From Adineta vaga (lineage: Eukaryota > Animalia > Rotifera), in NCBI GenBank assembly GCA_021613535.1, contig CP075492.1, positions 1,240,001-1,304,000 of the forward strand: 64,000 bases of DNA, written 5' to 3'. The position numbers and the translations under genes were made by a program. Positions 26,589 to 37,995 of this stretch are shown piece by piece. The number at the start of each line of letters is the position of its first letter. Position 1 is the stretch's first letter. The notes beneath the pieces were generated by a model. It was not told the origin of the DNA and did no database searches. It worked only from the letters and a program-made list of their open reading frames with translations.

Positions 26589-27362
26589 CTACACATCGAT
26601 ATTTTTCATAATATAAAATACATAACCATAAGTTTTTGAATATTTTCTATATAAGTCAATTTCAATTTGTTGTTCATGTAAAACATTTTCTGCTTCTTTC
26701 TGTTCATTGTATTTTAATTTCAATTGTTGAATTTGCTTTTCCATGGGTCCATAATATTCATTCCACCAATCTTTTTCTTCCAAAACAAAACTATCAATTA
26801 ATTTATAGCCACATTTCTTTATAATCTCAAAATTTTCTTCTCGAGAATGCATCTCTGGATAGTTTTTCGACCAAAACTCACGGGGCTCGTTTGGTACATC
26901 CGCAGTTAACCAAGATAACTCAGAACAAACAAGATAACCATCCTTTTTCAAGAATTCTTTCCATTCAATAAGACCACGTTCGAAACCAATTAAGTAAATT
27001 GATCCTTCCGACCAGATTACGTCAAAAGAATTTTGAGGAACAAATTTTTCCAAACAAAACATGTCACCAACCAGTGCATTTATACGATCTGATAGAAGTT
27101 CTTCCTTGGCTCGTGTCAATAATGTCTTTATGAATGGTTGATGGTTATCAATTGCAGTTATATGATGCCCTAATTTTGCTAATTCGATCGTAGTCATACC
27201 CGGACCGCAAGCGATATCAAGGATATTTAGTTGTTTATCATGTGATTCAATCGAGCAGAAAGCTTGAAGAGTTGATTGAATACTTCCAGGACCTTCTCTT
27301 GGTAAATCATTGTGAATTTCAAAGAAAATCTTTTGACCAAAATCATCGGGGGGAAGAGACAT
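26589..27362 (-). CDS. Class I SAM-dependent methyltransferase, bacterial-type, intronless
   Basis: LPREGPGS, ILDIACGPG, FDVIWSEGSIY, YGYVFYI. Confidence 0.9.
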   Translation of the reverse strand: MSLPPDDFGQKIFFEIHNDLPREGPGSIQSTLQAFCSIESHDKQLNILDIACGPGMTTIELAKLGHHITAIDNHQPFIKTLLTRAKEELLSDRINALVGDMFCLEKFVPQNSFDVIWSEGSIYLIGFERGLIEWKEFLKKDGYLVCSELSWLTADVPNEPREFWSKNYPEMHSREENFEIIKKCGYKLIDSFVLEEKDWWNEYYGPMEKQIQQLKLKYNEQKEAENVLHEQQIEIDLYRKYSKTYGYVFYIMKNIDV

Positions 27363-27460
27363 TTTCACTTTTGTGTAATAAAAAAAAAAGAAACACTAAA
27401 GAATGGCTTTATCATCTATTCAAAAAGATAAGAAGAGAAAGAAATAAACTAGTAAACATA

Positions 27461-27544
27461 TTAAGAGTATCTTGAGGGTATGGGTGTGGGTAACGATACA
27501 GAATGAATAAACTACAACCACATCACACTCACCTTCACTCTTAA
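27461..27544. repeat. Telomere-repeat hairpin element (spacer family I)
   Basis: TTAAGAGTATCTTGAGGGTATGGGTGTGGGT-aacgatacagaatgaataaactacaacc-ACATCACACTCACCTTCACTCTTAA. Confidence 0.85.
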
Positions 27545-27546
27545 AT

Positions 27547-27753
27547 ATATTGAAAATTCATCATCATCATATTGTTATCTTAGAAGGATTTGATTGTTGA
27601 GTTTTTAAAAATGATCCATCTGTAGTTGATTTAACTTTTCGAGAACATTATCAATCTGAAAAATTACGAAATATTTTCAATCGAATTATTTTTGCAATTT
27701 TTGACGAAGATATATATCGAATATTTCAAGAAGTATTCAGTTCGAAGGAATAA
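27547..27753 (+). pseudogene. C-terminal fragment of a TIGR02452/DUF2263 (microbial-type PARG macrodomain) protein
   Basis: IVILEGFDC*VFKNDPSVV...FNRIIFAIFD..IYRIFQEVF resembles the family motif LVLGAxGCGVFxNDP...FxxxxFAI. Confidence 0.6.
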
Positions 27754-28114
27754 AAACATATTTAAGAATAAATTTTCAATATATTATACTGAATAATAAT
27801 TAATTCATTACATTTTGAGGTACCTCGAAGATTATCTGGAATAAAAAGAAAGGAGTTGTCTGTATTCTTCTCTATGAATATATTAAGAACATTTTTTTTA
27901 TAGATTGATGAATTCAATCCAATGCTTTTTTAATTATTTTCTATTGTTGAAAACAAATATAATAAATAATATATTTTATAATAAAATAGTCATATGTCTA
28001 ACACAAATATATATATATATATAATGAGAGTTGAAGCCATATAATATTACATATTTTCAAGTATAAAATTCAATGAAACGACACTTTCGTACATATAAAG
28101 AATAAGATAAAATT

Positions 28115-29800
28115 ATGCGAGAACATCGTCAATCGTCTAATAGTCAGAAAACTATTAAGACACCGGTAAGCGTAACAGTCGTGTATCTCTTAAACAAGCA
28201 AATCCAACACTACATAAATCGAATGGTACAAAACAGGTAGATATTTTCTTCGTGCTTCTGTAAAAATTATAACTATGCTCTATCATATTTTATATTTAGA
28301 AAATAAAATATATCCGTAATAGTCAAAATATTACTATCTCATCACTCAAATCAAATAATAATCAGATAACAGCTGATGATCAACAAATGCCTAAACAAGA
28401 TGAAGAAGTTATTTTATATTCCGAAATATTAACTTCAACAGATAATCATAATATTCGTCCATCGAAAGTAAGTTTCATTTCTTTATAGATATCAATCTCA
28501 ATCTATTATAACTTCTTATTCTGTAAAAGGTATCAAGCTCTGATAGTTCTATTGATTCCATTAATAGTACCAATCGATTTTCTAATGCATCAAAAATATT
28601 TTTAGTTCCATCTGTTATTAACAAATCACAAGAATTAAGACAAATACCACAACGATGGAATCATTATCCGAAGAGATTCAACATAGTTGGTAAAGATTGG
28701 AAAGAACAAGAAAAACAACGAAAGCATCGTCGCCGTCGTCGTTGTTGTGGATTATACCCTATTTGTTGTTCTCCATGTTGTTGCTGTATCTTTTCAATTC
28801 TAGCACTTGTACTTCTTCTTTCCGCATTAACTGCTTTGCTTATTGCGCTTCTTACAAATAAAGGGAATCACACCGTAACCACTACCAGCACTTTGACAAC
28901 ATCAACAACGACCACTGACACGACAGCTACAACTAGCACATCCTCAACTTCATCAACAAGCAGTTCCACAACATCCAGTACTAGTACTTCGACGACTTCA
29001 AGTACCAGTACGTCTTCAACTTCATCAACAGGTACTTCCACAACATCAACTACGAGCACGTCTGAAACGACAAGTACCAGCGTGACATCGACTACTAGTA
29101 CTGCCACCACAACAACAACTTCATGTAAGTTCAAAACATCATCAACGTATAGTATTCCAAAGAAGATTGGTTTCTATAGAATATACATGTATATCTATTT
29201 TATGAATCAGTATTACATTTATTCGGATTCTTTCATTTCTTCTCATTAATAATCAATGAAAGTTCTGAATGTATAACAAGAACTTATATACAAATTCTTC
29301 TTCTTTTCTTTCTAGCAACTACTCCGACACCTCCTTGTTTACCTGTTAACAAGGGTTCTTCAAGTAATCTTCATAGTGCAACAACTGGACCCACCATCTA
29401 CACCTGTCATGCTTTTCAATGGACTGCACCAAATACGGGTCCGGTTACTCTTGCTTTTGCAATGCGCAATGATCCTTCCTCTTGGTATATTGATGATGTA
29501 TCAGTATATCATGGAGGCACTCAAATGTTACTCAATGGAGATTTAGAGTCAGGCACTCTTGCTCCTGGTTGGATAAGAACTCAAGCAAATAATTATAATT
29601 GTGGACTGTTTCAGGGTCATGTCAGCAGTAACATGCCTCGTACTGGTACTTACAGTATTCGAGATGGAAGTATGGGATGCGGTGATGTGGTCAGTCAAAC
29701 ATTCAGTGCTATAGCTAACAGCCTCTATATCGTCAGTTATTGGTTCAAAACGAATGCACTGGGATCACCATATCAAACTATTGCTGTTACCCTATCGTGA
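28115..29800 (+). CDS. Type II membrane protein with Cys-rich juxtamembrane segment, Ser/Thr mucin stalk and C-terminal CBM-like beta-sandwich
   Basis: Spliced. RRRRRCCGLYPICCSPCCC followed by a TM helix, Thr/Ser run 28870-29123, WYIDDVSV..LLNGDLESG; 5' exons uncertain. Confidence 0.7.
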
Positions 29801-30071
29801 TCTAAATAATTGGTTAATCTTTGACTTTTTAAATACCTATCGCGTATTAAAATCAGCACTCTGGAACACCATGCTCATATCCATCCTACAAGGTGACAAA
29901 TACTTTTATCAAAATAGATTTACCTTTTGTTTTGTCCGAATTATTTTTTAATATACTTTTATTAACAGAATAACTAGTAAAAATAATATGAAGTATTACA
30001 CACAAATTAAATCATTTTCTTGAATATCATTCAGTGTCATTCTGCATGATTTCTGTCATATTCTGAAGATA

Positions 30072-30399
30072 TCACTCAATCGTGTCCGCATATTCCATAT
30101 AAAAATCAGAAACATTAGGATCAATATCGTAAAGGTTAGCCAAGTGAGAATAATTATGGAGAAATTTTTCAACACATGATTTCATGATTATCTTATCACC
30201 ATATCCACAAGCAAATGCATGTAACTCTACTGATGTGAAAGTCTGATAAGCACTGTCGAACCAAGTGTACATCTGCTCAATTGTTTTATGGTTTTCTAAC
30301 TTCTCCACAATTAATTTACATTGTTTTGACAATGAAGATTCGTCTCGTACTATCGTCGAATTATAACATTGAAGATTAAAGTGTAGTGCATCTCCCATC
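30072..30399 (-). pseudogene. Orphan terminal exon of unknown gene; upstream exons not found before the hairpin at 30615
   Basis: 108-aa coding-like frame preceded on the - strand by a pyrimidine tract and AG acceptor. Confidence 0.4.
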
Positions 30400-30614
30400 T
30401 AAAAGAAAGGGGGCGGGGGGGGGGGGAGCAAAGGTGTATTGCAAAACAATTGGTAACTACAGTGTATGACAAAAGTTTACGCAATTTCGATTTTTTCGCA
30501 TATTTTTTTCATTCTTTTTTTCTCTTATAATAAGATGTATTAATTTCATTCAGGTGTTGTTCTAGATAGTATGAAAGACCTACTATATGATTTATTAAAA
30601 GCAGAAGTGACCAT

Positions 30615-30749
30615 CTTGCGTGTGGATGTGGGTGGATAGAGACACTGACTTGCACCCATACATACTGATGACTTTTTTGTTATATCAATCAGAATGCGAA
30701 GAAGACACAATCATGGATGAAGTCCATGACACACCCACACCCACCCTTG
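30615..30749. repeat. Telomere-repeat hairpin element (spacer family III, long)
   Basis: CTTGCGTGTGGATGTGGGTGGATAGAGACACTGAC...CATGACACACCCACACCCACCCTTG; spacer near-identical to 35026-35126. Confidence 0.85.
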
Positions 30750-31645
30750 CATTAAATCTTATTTTTATTGTTTTAACTTCAATAAATGTTATATCTATTA
30801 TGATTACATTTACAAGAAAAAATGTTCGTGAAGATGGTTGTGGTTATTATTTATTATAGCTTCATCAATAACTACATTATTAATTATGATTATATTTACT
30901 TTAAAATTTTGGTTTTTTTCTTTTAATACAAATGTCAATAATAATTAATAAAACATTAATATTATATCAATGTTATTCAATTGATTTTCTTCTTCGAACT
31001 TTTCTTTATACAGATCAATTATTATATTCAAGTGTAGCGATTGAACGATCTATAACAACAATAAAAGGTGTTCATTTTGATAAAAAGAAAATTCGACAAG
31101 TTGTTAAATTTATTATACCAATTATATTTCTTATATCTCTTTTAAGTAATATTCATGATTCTATTTATCGTCGTTTAATTACAGAAGAAAATTATAGTAG
31201 AACAAGAATTTGGTGTATTATTAGTTATCCATCTTATTTACAAATGTATAATTCAATTATTCATATTATTTATTTTTTTATTCTATTTATAATTTATATT
31301 ATTTCATCAATTATTTTAATTACAACTAAATCACGTCAAAAATATACAGTTCAAACAAAAGAAACTTATAAAGAAATTTAAAAAAAACAAATTTTTCAAC
31401 GTAAACATTTATTTTTTCGACCAACTGTTTTAATTTTACTTGCAATACCACGTTCACATCGAAATGTTCATATTCAATTGAAGATGCATGGTTATATTTA
31501 TCAGGATATTTTTTATCTTTAATTCCCTCAATGATAACTTCTTTAATTTTTTGTTACGCCATCGAAATTTTACAAAAAAGAATTTCAGTTAACTATTCGT
31601 CAATATTAAAATCAAATACAAATACGTTTTAGCCGATATTTTTAA
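30750..31645 (+). pseudogene. 7TM domain fragment of an LDLa-EGF-GPCR family gene
   Basis: Homologous to the 7TM part at 52645-53529 (GCGYYLL, VAIER, IHDSIYRRL, PSKFYKKEF); stops and frameshifts; starts at the hairpin edge. Confidence 0.75.
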
Positions 31646-31705
31646 TTTTTATTTCACATAAATGTATGAACTGACAAACGATCAGAGCTCGAAATAAGGC
31701 AATTT

Positions 31706-31772
31706 TTGAGGGTGGGTGTGGGTGTGGGTGTTAGATAGATGTACTATACACACCCACACCCACACGCTCAAG
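31706..31772. repeat. Telomere-repeat hairpin element (spacer family II), best-preserved copy
   Basis: TTGAGGGTGGGTGTGGGTGTGGGTGT-tagatagatgtactat-ACACACCCACACCCACACGCTCAAG. Confidence 0.9.
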
Positions 31773-32398
31773 AACCGCGTATAACCACCAGTATGTATAA
31801 AAAAGTGACGACATGGGTTTTTACATAAAATTAATTGTATTATTTCTGAGAAATTAGACCAGTAATTATAATTAGGTTAAACGAATTAGCTATCGGATTA
31901 AAGCCGCGAGATAATCTCCTCCAGGTAATATCAATTCACTCTTGAATAAAAATTAGACATCTTCAATTAATGTGCTCAACTTTCATTGTGCTCATCGTTC
32001 CGGTTCGCGTTATGATCACACAAATACAACATATCATTTGAATAGTTATATATTAGATTTTTATAAACATGATTCTGAAGCATTATTAATCACAGAAAAT
32101 GGTTTAAGTTCTGGTGATACATATATATATGCTTTTATTAGATTTTCATTTGATACTTTCATCAATGAAAACATCATTATATCGAATAATAGAAGTTTTA
32201 CATACAAACTTTTCAATAAAGTGCAGATAAAACGATTATTTGCACAGCGAATCACGTCCATGTGCTCGTTTTCTTTTCTTAGGCTGAATCGTCGACTATC
32301 ATACATTTCTATCGAGATAAATTACAAAAGAGAAAAGATAATAACATATAGAAAACAGGTATAAACGGTTACAAGTCAATAATATTATTTAGTGTAAA

Positions 32399-33391
32399 AT
32401 GGAGAATAATAAACTTCCAAGAATCGTCTTGGGCTGTGGAACAATGGGTCCTGCAGGTACTAATTGGGCAAGAGTTACTACTGTAGAAGACACGAGAGCG
32501 ATGTACAAAACTTTTCAATCTTATGGTCATACTGAACTTGATACTGCACGAACATATAGCGATGGTAAACAAGAAGCTTTTACACGAGAAACAGGCGTAC
32601 TCAGTGAAAATGCATATATGACTATTGCTACGAAAGTTTATCCAACGGAAGCTGGTATGCATAAACCAGAAAGATTACGGCAGCTATTTGAAACGAGTCT
32701 TCAAGAATTAGGCCAACAATCAGTAGAAATTTTTTATCTTCATGCACCTGATCGTAGTGTTCCATTTGAAGAAACTCTTGAAGAAGTTAATAAATTACAT
32801 AAAGAAGGTAAATTCAAAATATTTGGATTGAGTAATTATGCTGCTTGGGAAGTAGCGAAAATTACTGAAATCTGTATTTCTAAACAATGGATTCGTCCAA
32901 CTGTTTATCAGGGTATGTATAATGCGTTGACACGTGCTTTAGAAGAAGAACTTATACCTTGTTGTCGACATTATGGAATTGATATTCTTGCTTATAACCC
33001 ATTAGCTGGTGGTGTTCTGTCTGGACGATATAAATCAGCATCACAAATTCCAGATGAAGGTCGTTTTGCCGATGTTGAAGGAAATACTTTAGCTAAACTA
33101 TACCGTGATCGATATTTTAAAGATGCTTATTTCGATGCTCTTAATCATATAACACCAGTAATAGAAAAACATGGTCTTACACTTATTGAAACAGCATATC
33201 GATGGCTTTTACATCATTCAAAATTACGTCCTTTTCATGGTGATGGAATTGTTATTGGAGCAAGTAGTATTGAACAACTAGAATCAAATTTAAAAGATTT
33301 ACAAAAAGGTTCACTTCCAGATGAAGTTGTTCAAACATTGAATGAAGCATGGAATATGACTCGTACTATTGCAAAAACCTATTGGAGATAA
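32399..33391 (+). CDS. Aldo-keto reductase, AKR7 (aflatoxin B1 aldehyde reductase-like), intronless
   Basis: ELDTARTY, IATKVYP, FYLHAPD, GLSNYAAWEV, PTVYQGMYN, AYNPLAGG. Confidence 0.92.
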   Translation: MENNKLPRIVLGCGTMGPAGTNWARVTTVEDTRAMYKTFQSYGHTELDTARTYSDGKQEAFTRETGVLSENAYMTIATKVYPTEAGMHKPERLRQLFETSLQELGQQSVEIFYLHAPDRSVPFEETLEEVNKLHKEGKFKIFGLSNYAAWEVAKITEICISKQWIRPTVYQGMYNALTRALEEELIPCCRHYGIDILAYNPLAGGVLSGRYKSASQIPDEGRFADVEGNTLAKLYRDRYFKDAYFDALNHITPVIEKHGLTLIETAYRWLLHHSKLRPFHGDGIVIGASSIEQLESNLKDLQKGSLPDEVVQTLNEAWNMTRTIAKTYWR

Positions 33392-34053
33392 ACAAATAAA
33401 TTCTATATTCTTTTTTTTTCTAATATTCTTTAACAAATGGTTCTATTCGATATATTGTTGTATTATTTTAAAAAAATGCAACATTATTCAAACGTAAAAT
33501 TGATAATACGAAATAAATAATGATCAAAGACTATCATGAAGATGTACAGCTGATATGAATTCGATTCGAAAATCTTTTGTTGATAAAAACGTGTTCTTTT
33601 GAAATTAAAATTCAAAATTTTTTATTTATCTTTGATCATTTTTAAAAAGTATCTCAACTATAGATAAAAGAAGATGAAGAAAATACATTCATATTGAACA
33701 CGTGAACGAAAGGCAAAATGAACGGAAAAGAAAAAAAATACAAAACAAAGAAGAATGTACAAAAGTGATCAGTGATATCGGTTGATTTTTATATTTTGTA
33801 ACATTTTTGTTAATTAAAATCGTACGACATATAGGACAATTATTATCTGAATCAATTAGTCATTGATTTAAACAGACTTCATGAAAGATATGATGACATT
33901 TTGTAAATATACTATCTGTATTCAACAAATAACCTTTACAAATTGCACATTCGTCATAATAATTAGCAAAACTTTGATTTATCATTAAAGGTCACCGCTG
34001 TATTTGATCATGAATCTGCCACCCTAGTGGGGAAAAATTTCATCTATTCAGAA

Positions 34054-34347
34054 CAGAGTTGTCCACCGCGGTAGCGGTAGTTTATTTAGAATGACGGTCG
34101 CGGCGCGGCAGCGGCCGCGGTAGCCTCCGAAAAAACGTTAGCTTGAAAACTCGTGAGTTTACACAAAATCTTCACTAAAAAGTGCTTTAGACTATAAGAT
34201 TTGATTATTTCAATCGTTTAGAGGCGATAAACTCAGTTTAAACCAGTGGCAGATTTGAAAATCCATATATTTTCAAAGTTACCATCGCGGCAGCGGCGCG
34301 GCAGCGGCGCGGCAGCGGTAGATGTTCAGCCGCGATGGACATCTCTG
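34054..34347. mobile_element. hAT-type MITE (294 bp)
   Basis: 18-bp TIRs CAGAGTTGTCCACCGCGG / CCGCGATGGACATCTCTG (2 mismatches); perfect 8-bp TSD ATTCAGAA at 34046-34053 and 34348-34355; internal GCGGC repeats. Confidence 0.9.
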
Positions 34348-34388
34348 ATTCAGAACGATAGAGCATGAAATTCTGAGTGTGTTAGTGA

Positions 34389-34480
34389 TTAATCCAGTCG
34401 TTTGAATTCCATCCAAAAAACCCGATAAACATCCAATATTTTATTGAGTTTTTTGGATAGAATTTAAACGACTGGATTAA
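34389..34480. mobile_element. 92-bp foldback / MITE
   Basis: TTAATCCAGTCGTTT...AAACGACTGGATTAA; arms about 40 bp, near-perfect. Confidence 0.75.
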
Positions 34481-35025
34481 AGGTCGATTACGTTATTTTT
34501 AATAGTTTTTCATAGTCTCCCCTAGCTATACGAAACTTCAATTTATTTTTATTTCAACATGGTTAGATAGAGTGTCGTTTACTCTTTCTATTTATACTAT
34601 TTTGGTTTTTCTTGCAATATCTTCTCGATAAAATAATGCTAGATTAAAAACAGGTACTTTAAAAATTTTTTGAAGGTGTATAACATATTTGATATTTCTT
34701 GCTTTACCCGTCAGATAATTCATAACAGGCAAACAAACATAACTGCTGTTCGTTACAAAACATATCAACAATCCATAGAAAAATAATTAATCATTTTCAT
34801 CGTGTAACGCACATATTTTTCATTTTCTTTCACTGAAAAAATATCGTGTTTTCAAGCCAAAAATGAGATCTTTTGTTGAAATTTAATGTTTTTATCACCC
34901 GCAAACGTTATTCAGAGTTAAAGTGAGATGTATCAGAGAGAAATAAAAATAAAGCTTTCGATATTGCTGAAAAATACATATTATCATTCGTTTCAAACAA
35001 GTTTAATAAATAATGTGAGATCAAA

Positions 35026-35400
35026 TGGGTGGGTGTGGGTGTGGGTGGATAGAGACACTGACTGGCACCCATCCACACTGATGATTTTTTTGTTATATCA
35101 ACCAGAACGCGAAGAAGACATAATCACAACAGAACATATACCAAGGCTACCAAATTAAAATTCATGAAACCAGGATTTGACCAGGAGACCTTAATTAGAA
35201 TTGGGAAACATTTGTTTTGCCTTTTTTTTTGACAAAATTGAAATATTTTTCACATGAGATTAAAATCTTCTACTATGGTAGTATAGTTCTAGCTCATTTT
35301 TCTGAATATAACAATATATGATATAAAAATACGAACAATTATATGTCGTTTTTCATTATCTATTTCGAAATCAATCACATGACACACCCACACCCTCGAG
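35026..35400. repeat. Telomere-repeat hairpin element (family III) with about 245-bp insertion in the spacer
   Basis: TGGGTGGGTGTGGGTGTGGGTGGATAGAGACACTGAC... and CATGACACACCCACACCCTCGAG. Confidence 0.8.
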
Positions 35401-35436
35401 TTAAGTAGTAACTGAATAGAAAGACGGTCTTATTCA

Positions 35437-36654
35437 TTATTCGTCAACAATCTTGAGAAGTAATTTGCCTTGTGCTTTGCCACTCTTCGATTTCTCGTAC
35501 ATTCCATGCAATGCTTCAACACCATCTTTTCGCCAGTCGAATACTGTATCAATTATTGGTTTGACTTTGTTGGTCTCTAAGAATCGTGTTTGAAGTTCAT
35601 CGAGATCTTCATAGCTTTCGCGAAGAGCAAAAAATCTATATACAGGTTTAGTTGAATCAACAATGGATTGAATCTTATGTGACAATATAGTAGAGCCAAG
35701 GGATGCTATATATCCTAATGTAACTTTCATTTCAGGATCGTTTCCAACAAGAGTAATAAATTGACCACCTGGTTTGAGGATCTGTCGAGCTGCTATTTCC
35801 TGCTGTTCACCACCCACACAGTCATACACAATATCAAAATTGTGACCTGAAAAACAATCAGGCTTCAGAGAAAAAAGATGATACAGTGTGTATGTTTATC
35901 ACCTTTCAATTCTTGTCCGAAATCTTTGTTATTGTAATCAATGACGAGGAGGCGTTCTGAATCTACTGTCGTATTGCCATCAGCTTGAATAACTTTATAA
36001 CCTGAAATAGATAATCGAGACTACATGTGTAAAATTGAAAATAGGAATAAACAAACCAAGTTGTCCTAATAAGTCAAAGTTTCTTTGTGAACATGTTGTT
36101 GCGACATGAGCACCTACAGCTTTAGCCAATTGAATAGCATATAAACCAGTAGCTGTACTGCCTCCACATATCATGATTTTACTTTGTGATTCAACTCTGG
36201 GTGAAGCCGTTTTAAATAATGCCTGATAACTAGTCAGGCATGCCAAAGGTATAGCAGCTGCTTGTACCATTGTCAAATTGGCTGGTTTTAAGGCAAAGAG
36301 CGATTCTTTTGCACAAACATATTCAGCATAGCTGCCACCATCTGCACCAAGATTTCCGTAGACTTTATCACCTACGTGTAAACGTTTTACCGATGCACCA
36401 ACAGCAACAACCACTCCAGCAACATCAGTACCAGGTATATGAGGAAATGAAAATCGTTTTATAAATGACAAACTACCTTGCAAAACTTTCCAATCAATTG
36501 GATTGATTGCAGCAGCATAAGTTCGAACAAGAATTTGTTTGCATGAGAGTTCTCGATGAACAGGCACATCTTGACGTAAAGTGATGACATTGCGTGCTTC
36601 ACCATAACTACTTTGCTGAGCAGCTGTCATCATCGTTGGAAAGTCACTTTCCAT
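35437..36654 (-). CDS. MDR-family NADPH:quinone oxidoreductase-like (RTN4IP1-like) protein
   Basis: AAINPIDWK, IPGTDVAGVV, AAAIPLACLTSYQAL, GKAQGKLLL; two introns. Confidence 0.88.
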
Positions 36655-37734
36655 TGTTATCGCTGATGTTTAATCTATTAAAATCTGACTCAGAAAAGTA
36701 TTCTAAGGAGAATCAAGAATTCAATATCTAATTATGTTTACGAACACATCGAAGAAGACGAGCAATGACACTGCAAAATTTTTATGCACACTATTATGAG
36801 CACGTTTTACTGCATAAACATAACGGACCATTCTTTTTTCTGAAGAATCGTTAGAAGAAAAAGCGAGAGAAAAAGGAAGGAAAGAAAAGAAAACGAAAGC
36901 TACGTAGTCTACCACATTAAAACGAGAATCATACTGCATATTATGTTGTCGTCAGTTACACAAAAGAAACTAATAGAAATAAACTTTTAGCTGAATTATC
37001 TCTACATTTGAAAGTTAAAAAAATCCAGTGTTCACAATACAATGATAATCACAGTTCCTGTCCAGTAAGCAGAAACTGAATATCTGAAGATTGTTAATTG
37101 AATCAAAATTCATAAACTACAGCAACTTTCAATTGAGCTATTTATTTCTGAAATTCTCACTATTTGGAACATCTTCGATCAGTTTTCGCCGAAAATGCAA
37201 AGTGCAATTGATAAATCTGAATAGGAGAATTTTGTCAATAAGATGAAAAAGAAAGTTATGGAAAATATTAGTGAATAATTTTCCAACTTCATGAATTACG
37301 TGTACTTTAGAAATATATTTTGATTATTATGAATTTACGTTTTGTGCATGTAGTATTCGTCAAGTACAGTTTATGAGTAAAAAGATAATCGCGATATATT
37401 TGAATAAAGTTCTTATTGAAAAACTATTTTATTAGTAGATATACTCAATAATCGGAAATCTCTTCATGATAAAACACAACAACTGACATGGTATAGTAAT
37501 CATAAATGTCGTCAATAAATCGATAGTATATTGCTCACTATAGTTGATGTAATAAGAGTAAGTGGCATATGATTTATGCATTTATGGTAAAAAATAAACG
37601 GCAAAATAGTATATACGGAGCGAACAAATAAACGAAAAGCTATAAATATAAGAGCAAGATTACCATTTTTATTTATATATTCTTACGATGGTTCGAACTG
37701 GTATGCACTTTTTTTACAAATCGTTACTAAAATA

Positions 37735-37995
37735 ATGAAATATCGTTTGTCTTTAGTTATACTCATATTCTTTCTTATTGCCGTTTGTTTCAATATATGT
37801 TCCGCAGCAACTTGTCACTGTTCCTGTTGTACACATATAATGTCATATTACGATCCCCGATACTGCACATCGCCCTCGTTTTCAGGAGTTCCAGTAGCTA
37901 ACTGTCGACAACGCTGCAATCCAACTGTATGTGAACCAAATTATCCCGGCCGTTGTCCTTCGCCGAATGTTTGGTTGACAAATACGTGCCTCTAA
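37735..37995 (+). CDS. Small secreted cysteine-rich peptide (10 Cys)
   Basis: Signal peptide, CxCxCC motif, TATAAATA at 37641, AATAAA at 38000. Confidence 0.8.
   Translation: MKYRLSLVILIFFLIAVCFNICSAATCHCSCCTHIMSYYDPRYCTSPSFSGVPVANCRQRCNPTVCEPNYPGRCPSPNVWLTNTCL

Noticed and set aside
28868-29134. Val-rich ORF on the - strand
   Set aside because: Antisense shadow of the Thr/Ser stalk.
31972-32364. 130-aa ORF upstream of AKR7
   Set aside because: Non-ATG start, no recognisable motif.
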